DNA of 63,578 nt, the filler included, from Octopus bimaculoides (taxonomy: Eukaryota): the NCBI RefSeq assembly GCF_001194135.2. It is 9 parts of 8 records of this genome, joined end to end, with 100 filler letters (N's around TTAATTAATTAA, not from the genome) between each part and the next. Parts side by side here need not be neighbours in the genome. Positions count along the whole stretch, not along the records: positions 26,191 to 32,101 come from NC_068986.1; positions 32,202 to 37,137 come from NW_026335474.1; positions 37,238 to 54,316 come from NC_068983.1; 6 more parts are not named here. One strand, written 5' to 3'. The notes beneath the pieces were generated by a model that ran no database searches, was not told the DNA's origin, and was given only the letters and a program-made list of their open reading frames with translations. Made by a program: the position numbers and the translations under genes. The stretch's first letter is position 1. Every line of letters begins with the position of its first letter. Of this stretch, positions 27,823 through 41,400 are shown in pieces.

Positions 27823-28819
27823 GTAAAAGATCGTAGGTAAGGCCAAAAACAATGCGAAGTAGATGCAAGGTAAATCACAAGAAAACAAATATGTGGATTA
27901 ATGTAGACTTACCTTGTATTCAATATTTTGATATACAATATGTTCNNNNNNNNNNNNNNNNNNNNNNNNNNNNNNNNNNNNNNNNNNNNNNNNNNNNNNN
28001 NNNNNNNNNNNNNNNNNNNNNNNNNNNNNNNNNNNNNNNNNNNNNNNNNNNNNNNNNNNNNNNNNNNNNNNNNNNNNNNNNNNNNNNNNNNNNNNNNNNN
28101 NNNNNNNNNNNNNNNNNNNNNNNNNNNNNNNNNNNNNNNNNNNNNNNNNNNNNNNNNNNNNNNNNNNNNNNNNNNNNNNNNNNNNNNNNNNNNNNNNNNN
28201 NNNNNNNNNNNNNNNNNNNNNNNNNNNNNNNNNNNNNNNNNNNNNNNNNNNNNNNNNNNNNNNNNNNNNNNNNNNNNNNNNNNNNNNNNNNNNNNNNNNN
28301 NNNNNNNNNNNNNNNNNNNNNNNNNNNNNNNNNNNNNNNNNNNNNNNNNNNNNNNNNNNNNNNNNNNNNNNNNNNNNNNNNNNNNNNNNNNNNNNNNNNN
28401 NNNNNNNNNNNNNNNNNNNNNNNNNNNNNNNNNNNNNNNNNNNNNNNNNNNNNNNNNNNNNNNNNNNNNNNNNNNNNNNNNNNNNNNNNNNNNNNNNNNN
28501 NNNNNNNNNNNNNNNNNNNNNNNNNNNNNNNNNNNNNNNNNNNNNNNNNNNNNNNNNNNNNNNNNNNNNNNNNNNNNNNNNNNNNNNNNNNNNNNNNNNN
28601 NNNNNNNNNNNNNNNNNNNNNNNNNNNNNNNNNNNNNNNNNNNNNNNNNNNNNNNNNNNNNNNNNNNNNNNNNNNNNNNNNNNNNNNNNNNNNNNNNNNN
28701 NNNNNNNNNNNNNNNNNNNNNNNNNNNNNNNNNNNNNNNNNNNNNNNNNNNNNNNNNNNNNNNNNNNATTATGTACATATATATTATATATAATACGCAT
28801 AACACGGAATCCCAGAATC

Positions 28820-29590
28820 TGCCGTGAGAAACTATGTCTGTTGCGTGTCTGTTCCTTCACTCATCGTCCAGGGACCCGACGCACTAACAGAAATGGGGCT
28901 CCAAGCCAACACACAAACCACAGTAAAAAAAAACAATGCCTACAACAGTAATGTTGGTCCATTCTTTTCACAAAGACACAAAAACAGTAACAACAACAAC
29001 AACAGCCATAACAAAAGCGGAAACGACAAACCTATCCAACAGTGCAACCACACTTTCAGTCAAAAAATTATTTTTTAGCCATGTTGAATCTGACAAAAGA
29101 GATACAAAAAACCTTTTAGCAATCACTCAATACCATCCTATGCTATTACCGCAGTGCACCAACTCCTCACATTGCTGTCTCTAACACAATCAGAAAAAAA
29201 GCTTCCTGAAGCAGTCAGAACCTGCCACTACGTAGCCTCCACAATCCCTCCATCAACGCACGAAAATGGAAGATCTAGTTCATTGAGGATTGGGTTGGTA
29301 ACCATCCACAACACTTCCCTGTCTTCACTCTTACCGAGACCCTTCTTGACAACTCCCACTTGGAAGCCAAAGTGAAAGTGAGAAATTTCACATCCATCAG
29401 CGCGGATCGAGTCAACAGAAGGAAGAGTGGAACTGCCATTTTCCTGCGTGATTTCTTTTCGGCAGATGGAATCGGTCGCTGTGAATCGGTCACTGTGTAC
29501 AACAAAACCAATGACCTGATCGTAGCTGGGCTGTATAGGCCATCCAAACACCCATACTGCTCTTTAATGAATGCCTCAACGGCATTAAGT
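28820..29590 (+). pseudogene. LINE 5' remnant: possible CCCH-type ORF1 end followed by an APE endonuclease N-terminus
   Basis: FTLTETLLDNSHLEAKVKVRNFTSISADRVNRRKSGTAIFLR...CESVTVYNKTNDLIVAGLYRPS shows the TET, DR..R.GG.AI and YRP APE motifs. Upstream lies CREKLCLLRVCSFTHRPGT. Confidence 0.75.
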
Positions 29591-30136
29591 GCTTTATTCA
29601 ACAGTACCATTCTAATAACATGTTTTATTTTCACAGGAATTTTCAGTGGCCGGATAACTGAAGAGATGGAAATAGATATATTTATATCTATTCCCATGCC
29701 TTTAACCTTTATTCCTATTCACCTATCGCACTATATTTCTCTACTTTTAATTTTCTGCTAATTTCTTTCTTCCTCCTCTATCTCTTTCTATAAATTGCCT
29801 TCGACATTATATATATTAACGGGTTTTTTTTAAACAATGTACCATCATCAGATATGCAATAATCACATTCCGTTAAAATGTCTTATTGATGCGTTTTGTT
29901 TCTCTTTCTATTTCCATATTGAGAATATTGCATTGTTTTACATCATTTTATTCGTTCTGGAATAATACCAATGTTTTCTTCGAGACATATGTCGGAAGTA
30001 TAAAGATTTGAATAACACCTGCGTTTAACTCCATTTATTTATTTATGTATGTAATACAAGAACATTTCACCAAAACCTGGAATTTCTGCCTATGTAAGTA
30101 GGCTGTTATTTGTAAACATTGAAAAAATAGACATAG

Positions 30137-30182
<46 letters not shown>

Positions 30183-30487
30183 GTATNNNNNNNNNNNNNN
30201 NNNNNNNNNNNNNNNNNNNNNNNNNNNNNNNNNNNNNNNNNNNNNNNNNNNNNNNNNNNNNNNNNNNNNNNNNNNNNNNNNNNNNNNNNNNNNNNNNNNN
30301 NNNNNNNNNNNNNNNNNNNNNNNNNNNNNNNNNNNNNNNNNNNNNNNNNNNNNNNNNNNNNNNNNNNNNNNNNNNNNNNNNNNNNATGCACACAGAGAGA
30401 AAGAGAGAGAGAAAGACACAGAGAGAAAGACACAGAGAGAAAGACACAGAGAGAAAGAGAAAGACACAGAGAGAGAGAAAGACACAG

Positions 30488-30537
<50 letters not shown>

Positions 30538-33169
30538 TGTGTGTGTGTGTGTATACGTGTCAGCAGATGAGATCCAGGTATTCTCAATATAGAAAACAAT
30601 AGCGTTCAAATAATTTTATCTTACTCTCCGAAACCTTTACCGAAGGCCAAGTCCTTCCGCAGGGTAAAGAGTGGGTGTAAGAGGAATCCAGGTGAGCAGA
30701 TATGGAGACAATGATGCAAATAAACAAATAAAACTGCTTTGGTTTGATATGCAAAATAAATATACGTCCATACATGTAAATAGAAAGAAAGCAAAGACTG
30801 GAAATTTCAGACGATGCATATTCAAGTATAAATATATAGATGTTTATATATCAACAGAGCAAACTTACACAGAGTACAAAGATATAGAAACATAAAGGGA
30901 AGAAGGTATAGTGTTACAAGTCGGACAGCTTTTCCTGGGGGCTCGAAGTTGCTTCATAATGTTGGCAGGTGTAGTTCACTAGAATATGCAACCAGTAATG
31001 GAAGCTAATTGTATAGATCCGGCCTCCGTCTTCATGGTGGATTGATAAAATTCAGATGACAATGCAGGGAAATTTAAAGGTAGAATGGGGGAAGTGGAAG
31101 GCAAGCAGTAGTGGAGGAAATAGATGGTACGATGTGGTTGTGAGAAGTGTTGAAGCAAGGAAGGGCAAGAAGAGATAAGAGAGTCAGTTCAGGAAGATAG
31201 AAGGGGTGAATGATCATGGTATAATCAAACAACGAGAGAAACAAATGGAAAACAGGACAAGTAACATAAAGAATGACCTTTCATCAGTTGTCGGCTGTCT
31301 ATCTACTCCTCATTTCGAGCATTGAACGACAATATGAGTCTTCGAAGACAGTTGCTCCTATAAGTACCAAAATAAAATTTGGGATTTATGAATGGTCGAA
31401 GTTGGGAACAAAAACAGGACAGTGGAGACATACAAGGAAACCGAACGAAAACAAACATGGAGGGTCGTTAAACCAGAACGAGTGTAAAATAGCAAACGCT
31501 GGAGATATATTATAACGCCACACATCTATTTCCAAGTTAGTTTATGTTAACCTTTTTTGATGCGACACTAGTCTATACTGTTTTCTCCCCATCCTTCTCT
31601 AATTTCCTTTTTCACCCCTTCACTGTTTTCTATCTGTTTCTCTCTCTCTCTCGTTGCTCACACGTGACCATCGTCCATCTTTCTTTTCTGCACGTGACCA
31701 TCTTTCTTTTCCTAAGCGACGTTCAAAGGACTGGACGTCTTCTATCCAACTCGTCTATCTTTTTCCTTTTCAAAGAATATATTTCTTCCAGCGCTCACTA
31801 TTTTCACCCTCCATGTATGTTTTCGTTCGGTTTCTCCAATATCCTCGTATGTCTCCAATATCCTGTTTTTGTTCCCAACTTTGACCCCCACCCATAAAAT
31901 CCAAAATTTATTTTGGAAGTTATGGGAGCAACTGTCTTTGAAGACTCATTGAAATGAGGAGTAGATAAACAGCCGACAACTGATGAAGGGTCGTTCTCTG
32001 TGTTTACTTGTCCTGTTTTCCATTTTTTTCTCTCGTTGTTTGCGTATTTAACTCGTTTGTTTTCGTATTTCATGTTATTTAAACAGTTGGTGACATCCTG
32101 TNNNNNNNNNNNNNNNNNNNNNNNNNNNNNNNNNNNNNNNNNNNNTTAATTAATTAANNNNNNNNNNNNNNNNNNNNNNNNNNNNNNNNNNNNNNNNNNN
32201 NTGTGTGTGTGTGAGCGATGGCACATATCACTGTATACTTATATGTATTTTGTAACTATTACGTGTTGTATTTTGTATATATTATTGCGGCTAGACGCAA
32301 ACATATATATATGAAAAAAAAAATGTCAAAGATATATAGATATTTTCGTCTTATAAGTTTAAGGAAAATGTTTATTTTGATAACGCGATAGACAGAAATA
32401 GTAAGCGTATTTATCACGGTTCAACAGTCCTTTGGAAGGATTTATGAAAGTTTTGAAGAACATAAGCTGAAATTCATGTAATCAGTTAAAGGTCGCAGAA
32501 ATAAAATTATATCAAATTGAATCTATGCGGTAAAGTTTATTTTCAGAGTTAAAATAGCTTACTAATATAAATAATTTGAACTTCGATCGTTAAATGAACT
32601 TAAAAAACAGCAAAAAACGCTACTTGAATAAGCGCAGATAAAATAGTCAGTAGAAAACGCCACCCTGCTGATATCTGTAGCCGGTACTTAAAATTCAGCA
32701 ACAATGTACGCAATTTTTATTCTGAAAATACTAATACATAATATCCTTTCATAGACGCATTTTAATCGAACGACTATGCAATACTTATGATTAACTCTTA
32801 GTTCTTGCAATCTTTTTGTCTGCCTCTCTATCTCTCTCTCTCTCTCTCTTCTGTGTTCCTCATTGTCAAGGATATTTCTAAAATTTTTTGGTCGATGATT
32901 TGAAAGTTTCCATTTCTTGTTAGAGTGCCTTCCGATGAGTGCAATGTAACTTTGGAAACATAATCTCCACTGAACCGAGGGAGAGAGCGAGAAAGATAAA
33001 GAAAGTGGGAGAGTGAGAGAGAGAGAGAGAGAGAAAGAGAGTGAGTGAGAGAGAGAGATGATACTAATTCCAGAAGTTATTTTGAGCTGTTTCTCTTCTC
33101 CTTGTTCTCACTTTTTCTTTTTGATTTCAAATCTTATATGCAGCCGCGGCTTCACTCATGCTTGTTTTG

Positions 33170-34110
33170 TGCATATGATTTTTCACTTGCGTTTCTAAGG
33201 TTGTTATAATGAGTGTTCAAAAAGTAAATGATCTTACGGGAGTCATGGACGCGTTTGTCAGATGCCTTTCCTACTTCAGTGGATGGTAACCTTCTGTAAA
33301 TTAACAGCGCAAGAGTTGTTTGGTCATTCTTGTCTCTGGCATTCTTTTTTGTACGACGTACTCATTGGAGTTGATGTTATTCAACGAATAGTTCATATTC
33401 TCATTGATATATTAATTTTGCCAATACATCATTGCTAGTGGTTCAACTTGTATTGCTGTTTTGCTTGACGAAATTTATCAAGCCATTGTATTTGATGATT
33501 GATTTTTGCAAGTTTGCATTGTGGAGTGCAGAAAAAGAAAATACACTAGCCTTTTAAAGATATACCGAAAGGCTTTGAGGATTTCGCGTAGTCGGTTTAT
33601 CGACCGAGGCTTGGGCAATATATTACAAATAAAACCACCACGACAGTTCACTCTTCACAGTAATTTGAAGTGGACTTCTTTCTTTCCCCGCCGGGTATTA
33701 TGGAAGATTCTTCGTCATTGATATGCTGATTACGGGATCGAAAACTTCGTAAGCACACATTTCCATTGGAGATGATTTATAGATATGATTCAGTTGAACA
33801 TGGAACAATATATAAGTCGTCATTGTACAGTTCACAGATCATGGTCGTTGGTGTAGGGTTTAATTAAGTCAAGCTGTAATTGTTAGAAAAGTCTTCCATT
33901 TTCGTTTCTATTGCTCCAAGTTTCCATTCACGTTTAATCTTCATCTGCTCAGCAGCTACATATGTTGAATATTGAGTGGGTGCGTTTACACAGCTTTGTT
34001 TTACACCAAGGTTCATATCTAAGTTTGCACTGATATACTATTATACCATGATTGAAATATTTGGTGCAACATGTCTTGACATAGCTTCCCGAATCATCTG
34101 GCTGTGATAG
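33170..34110 (-). pseudogene. Heavily decayed RTE/BovB-like LINE reverse-transcriptase remnant
   Basis: Minus-strand motif remnants GVKQSCVNAPTQYSTYVAA (compare GVKQGCVLAPTLF), NGRLF, ELYNDD (compare YADD), VFDPVISISMTK, and RMPETRMTKQLL. Many stops and frameshifts. Confidence 0.7.
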
Positions 34111-34149
34111 ATTATGATGATCTCGTGCTGCTGTTACCTCGACTTTTCT

Positions 34150-34270
34150 TCAAATCCTTATGACTATTAAATACATCCACATCAGATGAGGGATAGGAAA
34201 TCCTTTTGCTAATGCCTCTAATTAAAGCCTTTTTTACTGATTGTGGATGGTTACTTTGATAGTTTATATA
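34150..34270 (-). pseudogene. Penelope-like RT thumb fragment, inverted relative to the adjacent PLE
   Basis: Minus-strand frame YINYQSNHPQSVKKALIRGISKRISYPSSDVDVFNSHKD matches the PLE Y..xSNHP...RIS.LSS...F motif. Confidence 0.8.
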
Positions 34271-34280
34271 NNNNNNNNNN

Positions 34281-35130
34281 AAAGAAATTGGCTAATATTT
34301 TATGATTTTATGAATAAACACTCTAATCACGAAGAGGCTACCAATAATTCGGGAGAATTTGATCTGGTGCATACTCCATTATGCAATGCAAATAAAGACT
34401 GACTTAGCTAAGCAAATAAGCAATTTGATAAGAGTAATAGGTATTCTAAACTTATAAAAAGTAGTACAATAAGGATAGGTTATAGTCTAACACAAATTTA
34501 GCGTTCATCAAATCCTCCCTGAATAATAAAAAAATTACATATTTTCTACTTAGATAGAAGCAAAAATAGCAGCGACGGCGGTGTAAGTAGAAATAAAAAC
34601 AATAAACGCCACCCCAACCATTGTAAAGAATACACTCAGAACCAAAATAACCACTTTAATCACAATAGACTTAACCCTACCCCACTAGGTAGAAATTCCG
34701 CCCACCCCCCACACAGAGCACAATCTATGGGATTGTAGGAATAGGGATAATTATGCCTTCGGTAATACTTGTAGAATTAAAGACGTAATTTACCGATGTA
34801 CAGTCACAACACAGCATAGTAAAATGAGTATACAAGAGCTATCCCAAATGGGTTAAAACGTAGACTACACACACACATCAGCGTTCTTTTAGAAATAGAA
34901 ACAGAATAAATTCGACAGGATTAAGTAAGTATATTTGGGAACTCAAAGATAGGGATATTAGCTTCACATTAAAATGGGAGATATTCGCCACTGCACCTTC
35001 ATATAATGAAAAAAATAGGAAATGTTATCTTTGCATTAATGATATTATTTTTCATTCTAACAGCACGAAATGCGCTAGTGAACCTGAGAGAGGAGTAAAG
35101 TGTAGTTTGCTTTCACAAAGGCAGGTCTAA
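34281..35130 (+). pseudogene. Decayed Penelope-like retroelement: post-RT region plus GIY-YIG endonuclease domain
   Basis: Frameshifted translation gives LIW..HYAMQIKTDLAKQISNLI, NRYSKLIKSSTIRIGYS, CRNRDN...CRIKDVIYRCTVTT, and SFRNRNRINSTGLSKYIWELKDRDISFTLKWEIFATAPSYNEKNRKCYLC. These motifs are typical of PLE GIY-YIG domains. Confidence 0.85.
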
Positions 35131-37237
35131 TTTTGATAAATATAGGTGATATTAGAAACACTTATACTACCACATAATGGTACTAATAACCCCACAGCAT
35201 ACAAATAGTAGCCCTTGTTAGTAAAGTGAAGGATATATAGCTTATCTCTTAATTATAGCTAGTCTTGTTAGTAATTACCGGGGCTGTTTGACGGTATCCA
35301 TTTAAGCATCCCCTCCATCTATCCTAATTCTTAGTTTAGTTTTCACCCCTCCCCCTATCTGTTACCTACTTCTTATACCAATTAGACTTTCCTCCTTAAT
35401 ATTATCATCTAGCCCCTTGTAATATGGCCAGTTATTTCAATCATGAACTTTTTTTAGAACGCAGAGAACTCAGGTATTCTACCACATATTTTAATACCAT
35501 TAATAACTACCTCAATCCCGAAATTTTATTCAAATTTTAACTTCATCTTTTTTACCCACTAGCACCTTTTATACCATGGATGTATTTGTTGCCACTTGCT
35601 GTAATTTGGACTTAATTCTCTACTAACTTATTGTACTTCCTTCACTTATTGTTCTTCCTCCATTTTATATAGACATTAATTAGCCCTACAAATTTAGGAG
35701 CAACATTACCACCATTTTGATTAATTTATTTTAGTTATTTTATTTTATTTTAATGTACTCAATGTTTACCCTCTTCCACCATACATGTATGTATCTGCAA
35801 GCACTTGGTACTAAGGTAGCTGTGCTTACCAGGACATATTTGTAAAATTTGGTTTTACTATGGAGGACTGTATGTGTAACCTGTTGATTGATATAGTATG
35901 TCTGAAACCACTAAATAGTCAATGTAATTTTAAATTTGTAATTCTTAAATTATTAGATTTAATGATGTGAGCAATCTAATTTTAGGGTAAAGTAATGCAT
36001 ATTAAGAATACTTAGTAAATGTGATTTGGTCTGAAATATTAACCGCTTAAATGCTAGTGGTGTGGTTTTAGGATTGTGAATTGTAGTGTACCTATAAAAT
36101 AGAAATTTTTTGGGTACCTGTGTACATCTAATTACTATCACAATTTCCTATATAAGATGTTAAGTCCAACATTATTTTTAACAGTTTTTTTTTATATAGA
36201 TTCATTCTAATAACTGCACTAGTTGCCTCTCTCTTAACTATAAGTCCAGCATAGTGCCCATTTGACCGTTTTTCTCATGTATGCTATATCGATAAGCTGC
36301 AGAAGTACTTAAGCGGACCCGTACCACTTATAACATTTTCTGCTCCCCCGTACCCTATACTTATTTTCTTATCTATTTATCTTTATTTACATATCAATTG
36401 TAACGGTTTTAACTTATGCCATCTGTTCAAATATAATTGACCAATTCTAGAGATCGCTGGATTTAGTCTATCCGTTTGCGGACAATAGGTCGGGGTTCTC
36501 TGTAATATTTCTGTGAGTACACTATCTTAAGCACCCTTCAGCAATGTTTGGATACATTCTAACTTGAGTTTTTTTGTTAGTAAGTTTCCTTGTATTATTA
36601 TTATTATTAATATTATTATTATTATTATTATTATTGATAATTTCTTTTCATATGTTTTAAAATATCTTGGTTCGCCCTTATACTGGAATTACCCATAAAA
36701 AAGTTTTTAACTTCCTATACCAGTACTATTTCACTCTCTTACCTACGGCCTTCGTAGCCCTAAGATGGTAAATTATATGCTTTTAACATTTTAGGCTTCC
36801 AGACATCTTTTCTAGGCCATGTTTTCATTCCTCTACCTTCTTCCTTTTGTTTATTTTGGATGCTTTGTTTTCCTCTGATGAAACATCGTGCCCTGATTCA
36901 AATGTCCTATGAAGATGGAAAATTTTATTTTCCCAATTATTTGTAAACATTGATCGGCACCGGATGCAGAAACGGCCGTAAGATTTGTCATGTCACACAA
37001 ATATTATGCCATGTTTTGTATTAAATAATAAGCTATAAATGTGGTGAAATTGATGTGCCAGTTGATCTGAGGTCTTCTTCATTTTCTGAATATATATATC
37101 CTCTTTCAAACGCGCCCGCAACCTACGCGATCTACTGNNNNNNNNNNNNNNNNNNNNNNNNNNNNNNNNNNNNNNNNNNNNTTAATTAATTAANNNNNNN
37201 NNNNNNNNNNNNNNNNNNNNNNNNNNNNNNNNNNNNN

Positions 37238-37550
37238 AGCCAACACTGCCAGATATTTTGAGCATCTCTGCAGTGATTCCTGATGGGCCAGGGGCTTTCC
37301 CGGTCTTCATACTCTTAATTGCTTTATCTACCCTGGTACTATCAACTCGGATAGCTGGTCCCTCTATTGGGTCGACATACGGCAGGCTCTCTTCCTCCCA
37401 TCCATTCTCTTTATTAAGCAATCTATCGTAGTGGCATCTCCAGACCTCTTTCTTTGCAGCCTCATTTAGTGCAAGCGTACCATCATCCATGCGAACACAT
37501 TTCTCTCCTACAACATCACTATTCTCTCTCCTACACTGTCTTGCAACACG
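37238..37550 (-). pseudogene. RTE-clade LINE ORF fragment (region between endonuclease and RT)
   Basis: DVVGEKCVRMDDGTLALNEAAKKEVWRCHYDRLLNKENGW...VDKAIKSMKTGKAPGPSGITAEMLK. Confidence 0.85.
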
Positions 37551-37861
37551 AAATACCTCGAGTCTTTGACGTACATACATAGGTATGTGTGCCTCTGTGC
37601 ATGCACTTCTCTGAAAGTGCAAACTACAATTACTTGTGGTGTTGCCATTTCCTCTGTCAACAAATTGTCTATTAGCTCTGTACCTCCAAAGATGTATGAA
37701 ATAAAGGATCTCTTACTTGAAAAATAGGGCAGAGTTAGCATCAGAAAAGATGCCAAAATTAAGTGAATTTAACATTTTTGCGTGTTATTAAATGCTTAGA
37801 GTGGTTCTTCCATAACATGGTTCCTTCAGTTTAAATACTTTCTCAGATCAAGGCACCTATT

Positions 37862-38041
37862 AGATTCTTTTACATGTTTCAGTCATATGACTGCGGTCAT
37901 GCTGGAGCACCACCTTTTAGTCGAACTAATAGACACCAGGACCTATTCTTTGTACGCCTAGTACTTATGCCGAACTGCTAAGTTACGGGGATGTTAACAC
38001 ACCAGCATCGGTTGTCAAGCGATGTTGGGGGGACAAACACA

Positions 38042-38131
<90 letters not shown>

Positions 38132-38285
38132 ATGGGCTTCTTTCAGTTTCCATCTACCAAGTCTACTCACAAGGCTTTGGTCGGTCTGGGGCTATAGTAG
38201 AAGACACTTGCCCAAGGTGCCACACAGTGGGACTGAAAACAGAACCATGTGGTTGGAAAGTAAGCTTCTTACCACACGACCATGC
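37862..38285 (-). mobile_element. SINE family A
   Basis: Reverse-complement match to 6574-6975, with an expanded (CA)n(TA)n centre. Confidence 0.8.
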
Positions 38286-38354
38286 TATGTACAATTCAAA
38301 GAATAAGAGAAATGTTTGCTACATTATTTTATTATTATTTTTTTTCTTTTAAAG

Positions 38355-38452
38355 GTACCCAAGTTTTATCGCCTTGGATGTCTGAAGCTGGAGCACCTGT
38401 GATATTTCCTCAGCAGTGTTCAACTATGGCTGTCTGTCAGATCAGTGGCAAG
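38355..38452 (+). CDS. ELP1: ELP1 exon, 98 nt: (G)[32 protein letters not shown]
   Basis: Acceptor ttttaaag| and donor |gtgagg. Resembles human [27 protein letters not shown]. Confidence 0.88.
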
Positions 38453-41400
38453 GTGAGGACTCATTTTCCTTCCAGGAAATCTGTGAAAATTAAATTTGAT
38501 TGTATGCAATCATATCTAAACATATTGTTATAGGTGCATGTACAGCTGTTTGGTACGAAGCTTGCTTCCCAACCACATGGTTCCAGGTTCAATCTCACTG
38601 TGTGGTGGCACCCGAGCAAGTGTCTTCTACTTTAGCTCCAAACTGACCGAAGTCTCTGCATGCATGTTTACAGGAATGGCTGTGTATTAAGAAGTTTACT
38701 TTACAATCACATGGCTCTGATTTCAATCCTTCTGCACAGCAGCTTGGTTATATGTCTTCTACCATATTGATCCTTCTGAGGGAGCCTGGCACAGCCTTCT
38801 GGCTCACCAGCCCTCAGTCAAACCATCCAACCCATGCCAGCATGGAAAGCGGATGTTAAACAACGACGACGATGATGATGATGAGAAAACTCAGTGGTTG
38901 CTTGTCGGAGGGACTGTATTTATTATTGGGTGGTAGACTTATCCATTGCCCAGTTTGACAACACCACCTCACCCTTGGGTACCTTGAGCAAGGTACACTC
39001 TGTCAGTATTCAGGTTAGGTCTCCAGTGTGAGGATAAATCTTCCTTCCTTCCTTCAACCAGTGTCAGAGGTCATGAAGAAAAGGTCTTCCTAACAAAGCT
39101 ATAAAAACAAATAAAAGCTGTGTTAATGTGATGGTGATTCGTTAAGGTGATTGTATATAAGTTCAAATCATAACTTCCTCTAAATTACAGACACTGAAAT
39201 CATAATTAATATTTTACTATTTTTCTATTTTGTTACAGGTTGTGATTCTGGGTCTAACATCAAAACACCGTCTCTACATAAATGATAAAGAGGTATGGAT
39301 TTTATTTGGGGTACAAGTGTAATTTGATGAAGGATAGGTTTTTGTTTTGTTTTTTTGTGTAAGGTCAATGTTAATGGGATTTGAACTCTAAAAAGGAAAA
39401 TCTACAAGCTTAGAATTAGAACTCATCTCATTTGGTACTCTACCATTTGTCCTTACTTTAATTCATCTAATGTTGTACTCTACCATTTACCCATGCTATA
39501 AATCATATCTTCTACTCAACAACTTGCCCTTACTCTATTTCTTCAAATGTAGTACTCCGTTTGTTACCCATACTATAAACCATCTCATCTGGTACTCAAC
39601 AACTTACCCTTACTCTTAATTTATCTAATGTGGTACTCTGTTTCTTGCCCATACTGTAGACCACCTCATCTGGTTCTCTACTTAACCACACAGCCCTTCC
39701 TGTGCTTCACAAAAAACAAGAACAGTGTCTCTCTAAGCTTATCAACTCCTTCTAGTGAGGAAGCCCATAGGAACACAGACTCTCATTCCCTGATTTCACC
39801 CACTTTACCTTCCTCCTCCATGACCACCACCACTAAAATCTGCAGGATTACCAAAATAAATCAAACAGTGAAGAGAGTACATGTTGAGACTGCAGGCAAT
39901 TATAGAGTGATAATGTAGCCTAATGGTTAAGAGCACAGGCTACTAACCCCAAGACTGCGAGTTCAGTTCTAGGCAGTGCCTTGAATAAATAATAATAATA
40001 ATAGTTTACAGCTGTGACCCAGCAAATAAAGTGAGTTCACAGCTGTAACCTACACCAGTGTCGCATAACCAGCCCACTCAAAAAGTACCTTGGATCATTG
40101 GGCGACATGCTGTGCTTGAGGGAACCTATTGAGTCAAGTACGTCAAAATCAAATCAAATCAAATCACAATCAAATGGAAATTGTAGTTGTGGTCCCTGTG
40201 CCGGTGGCATATAAAAAGCACCATATGAATGTGGCCAATGCCAGTGCCGCCTTGACTTGCTTCTGTGCCGGTGGCACGTAAAAAGCACTGTATAATTGCG
40301 GTCGATGCCAGCCCCCTCTGGCACCTGTGCCAGTGGCATGTACAAAAAGCACTCTCTATACTATTGGAGTGGTGGACATTAGGAAGGGCATCCGGCTGTA
40401 GAAACACTGGCAGATCAGACTGGAGCCTGGTGCAGCCTCCTGGCTTCCCAGACCCCAGTCGCACCATCCAACCCATGCTAGCATGGAAAACGGACATTAA
40501 ATGATGCTGATGAATAATAACATCAACAAAAAATACCTTAGGAATGAGAACTCAAGGTTGGGTTCGAAATTTTACCAGGACACCTGATGAAGGCTTGAAT
40601 TAAAATCTTCCACCAAACCTTAGTCACAATTCATGTTCCTAGCACTAGCTAAATGATAACTAAGTTATTTTTACTAAATTCTTTGTAGTATTTCAAATTA
40701 ATTGAAAGAAACACAGAGCATCTCAACAGAAATATGGTAACAAAAGGGTTAATAAATGATTAATTTAACCCTTTTGATGCCAACCCGGCTGAAACTGCCT
40801 CTGGCTCTGTAGTACAAATGTCTTGTTTTCATAAGTTTTTAATTAAAATCTTCCACCAAACCTTAGTCACAATTTATGTTCCTAACATTAGCTAAATGAT
40901 CCGTAAGTTATTTTACTAAATTCTTTGTTATATATAAAGTAATTGAAAGAAACACAGAGCATCTCAAAATAAATACGTTAACGAAAGGGTTAATCAATTA
41001 GTAATATTTTAATGTTCACTTTCATTTAATTGATCATTAGTTTTGTTTTTGTTTGTGTTTTTTTTTTTAGTTGGCTAATAACTGTACATCAATGGCTGTC
41101 CATGAAAAATTTTTGATTTTGACTACACTAAGCCATACATGTCGGTTCTTGAACTTGAAAACAAATACTAAAGGTATGTATGGTTTAAGATAAAATGATA
41201 ATTAAAATTTACCTCCTCATTGGCAGAAATATCATCATCATCATTATCATCATTATTTAATGTCTTTTTGTCTGTGTTGGCATAGGTTGGATGTTCAACA
41301 TGAACTGACAAGCCAGGAGCCCATGCCAGGCTCCAGTGTCTTCTTTGACATGGTTTCTACAGCTGGATTTCCTTTCTAATGCCAACCACTTCAAAGTGCT

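Noticed and set aside
35130-36560. Possible further PLE or RT coding remnants on the minus strand
   Set aside because: Only vague motif similarity among many stops. It cannot be supported without a profile search.
36876-36932. CTGATGA...GATGGAAA
   Set aside because: No stem II pairing adjacent to the core and no stem III or cleavage triplet.
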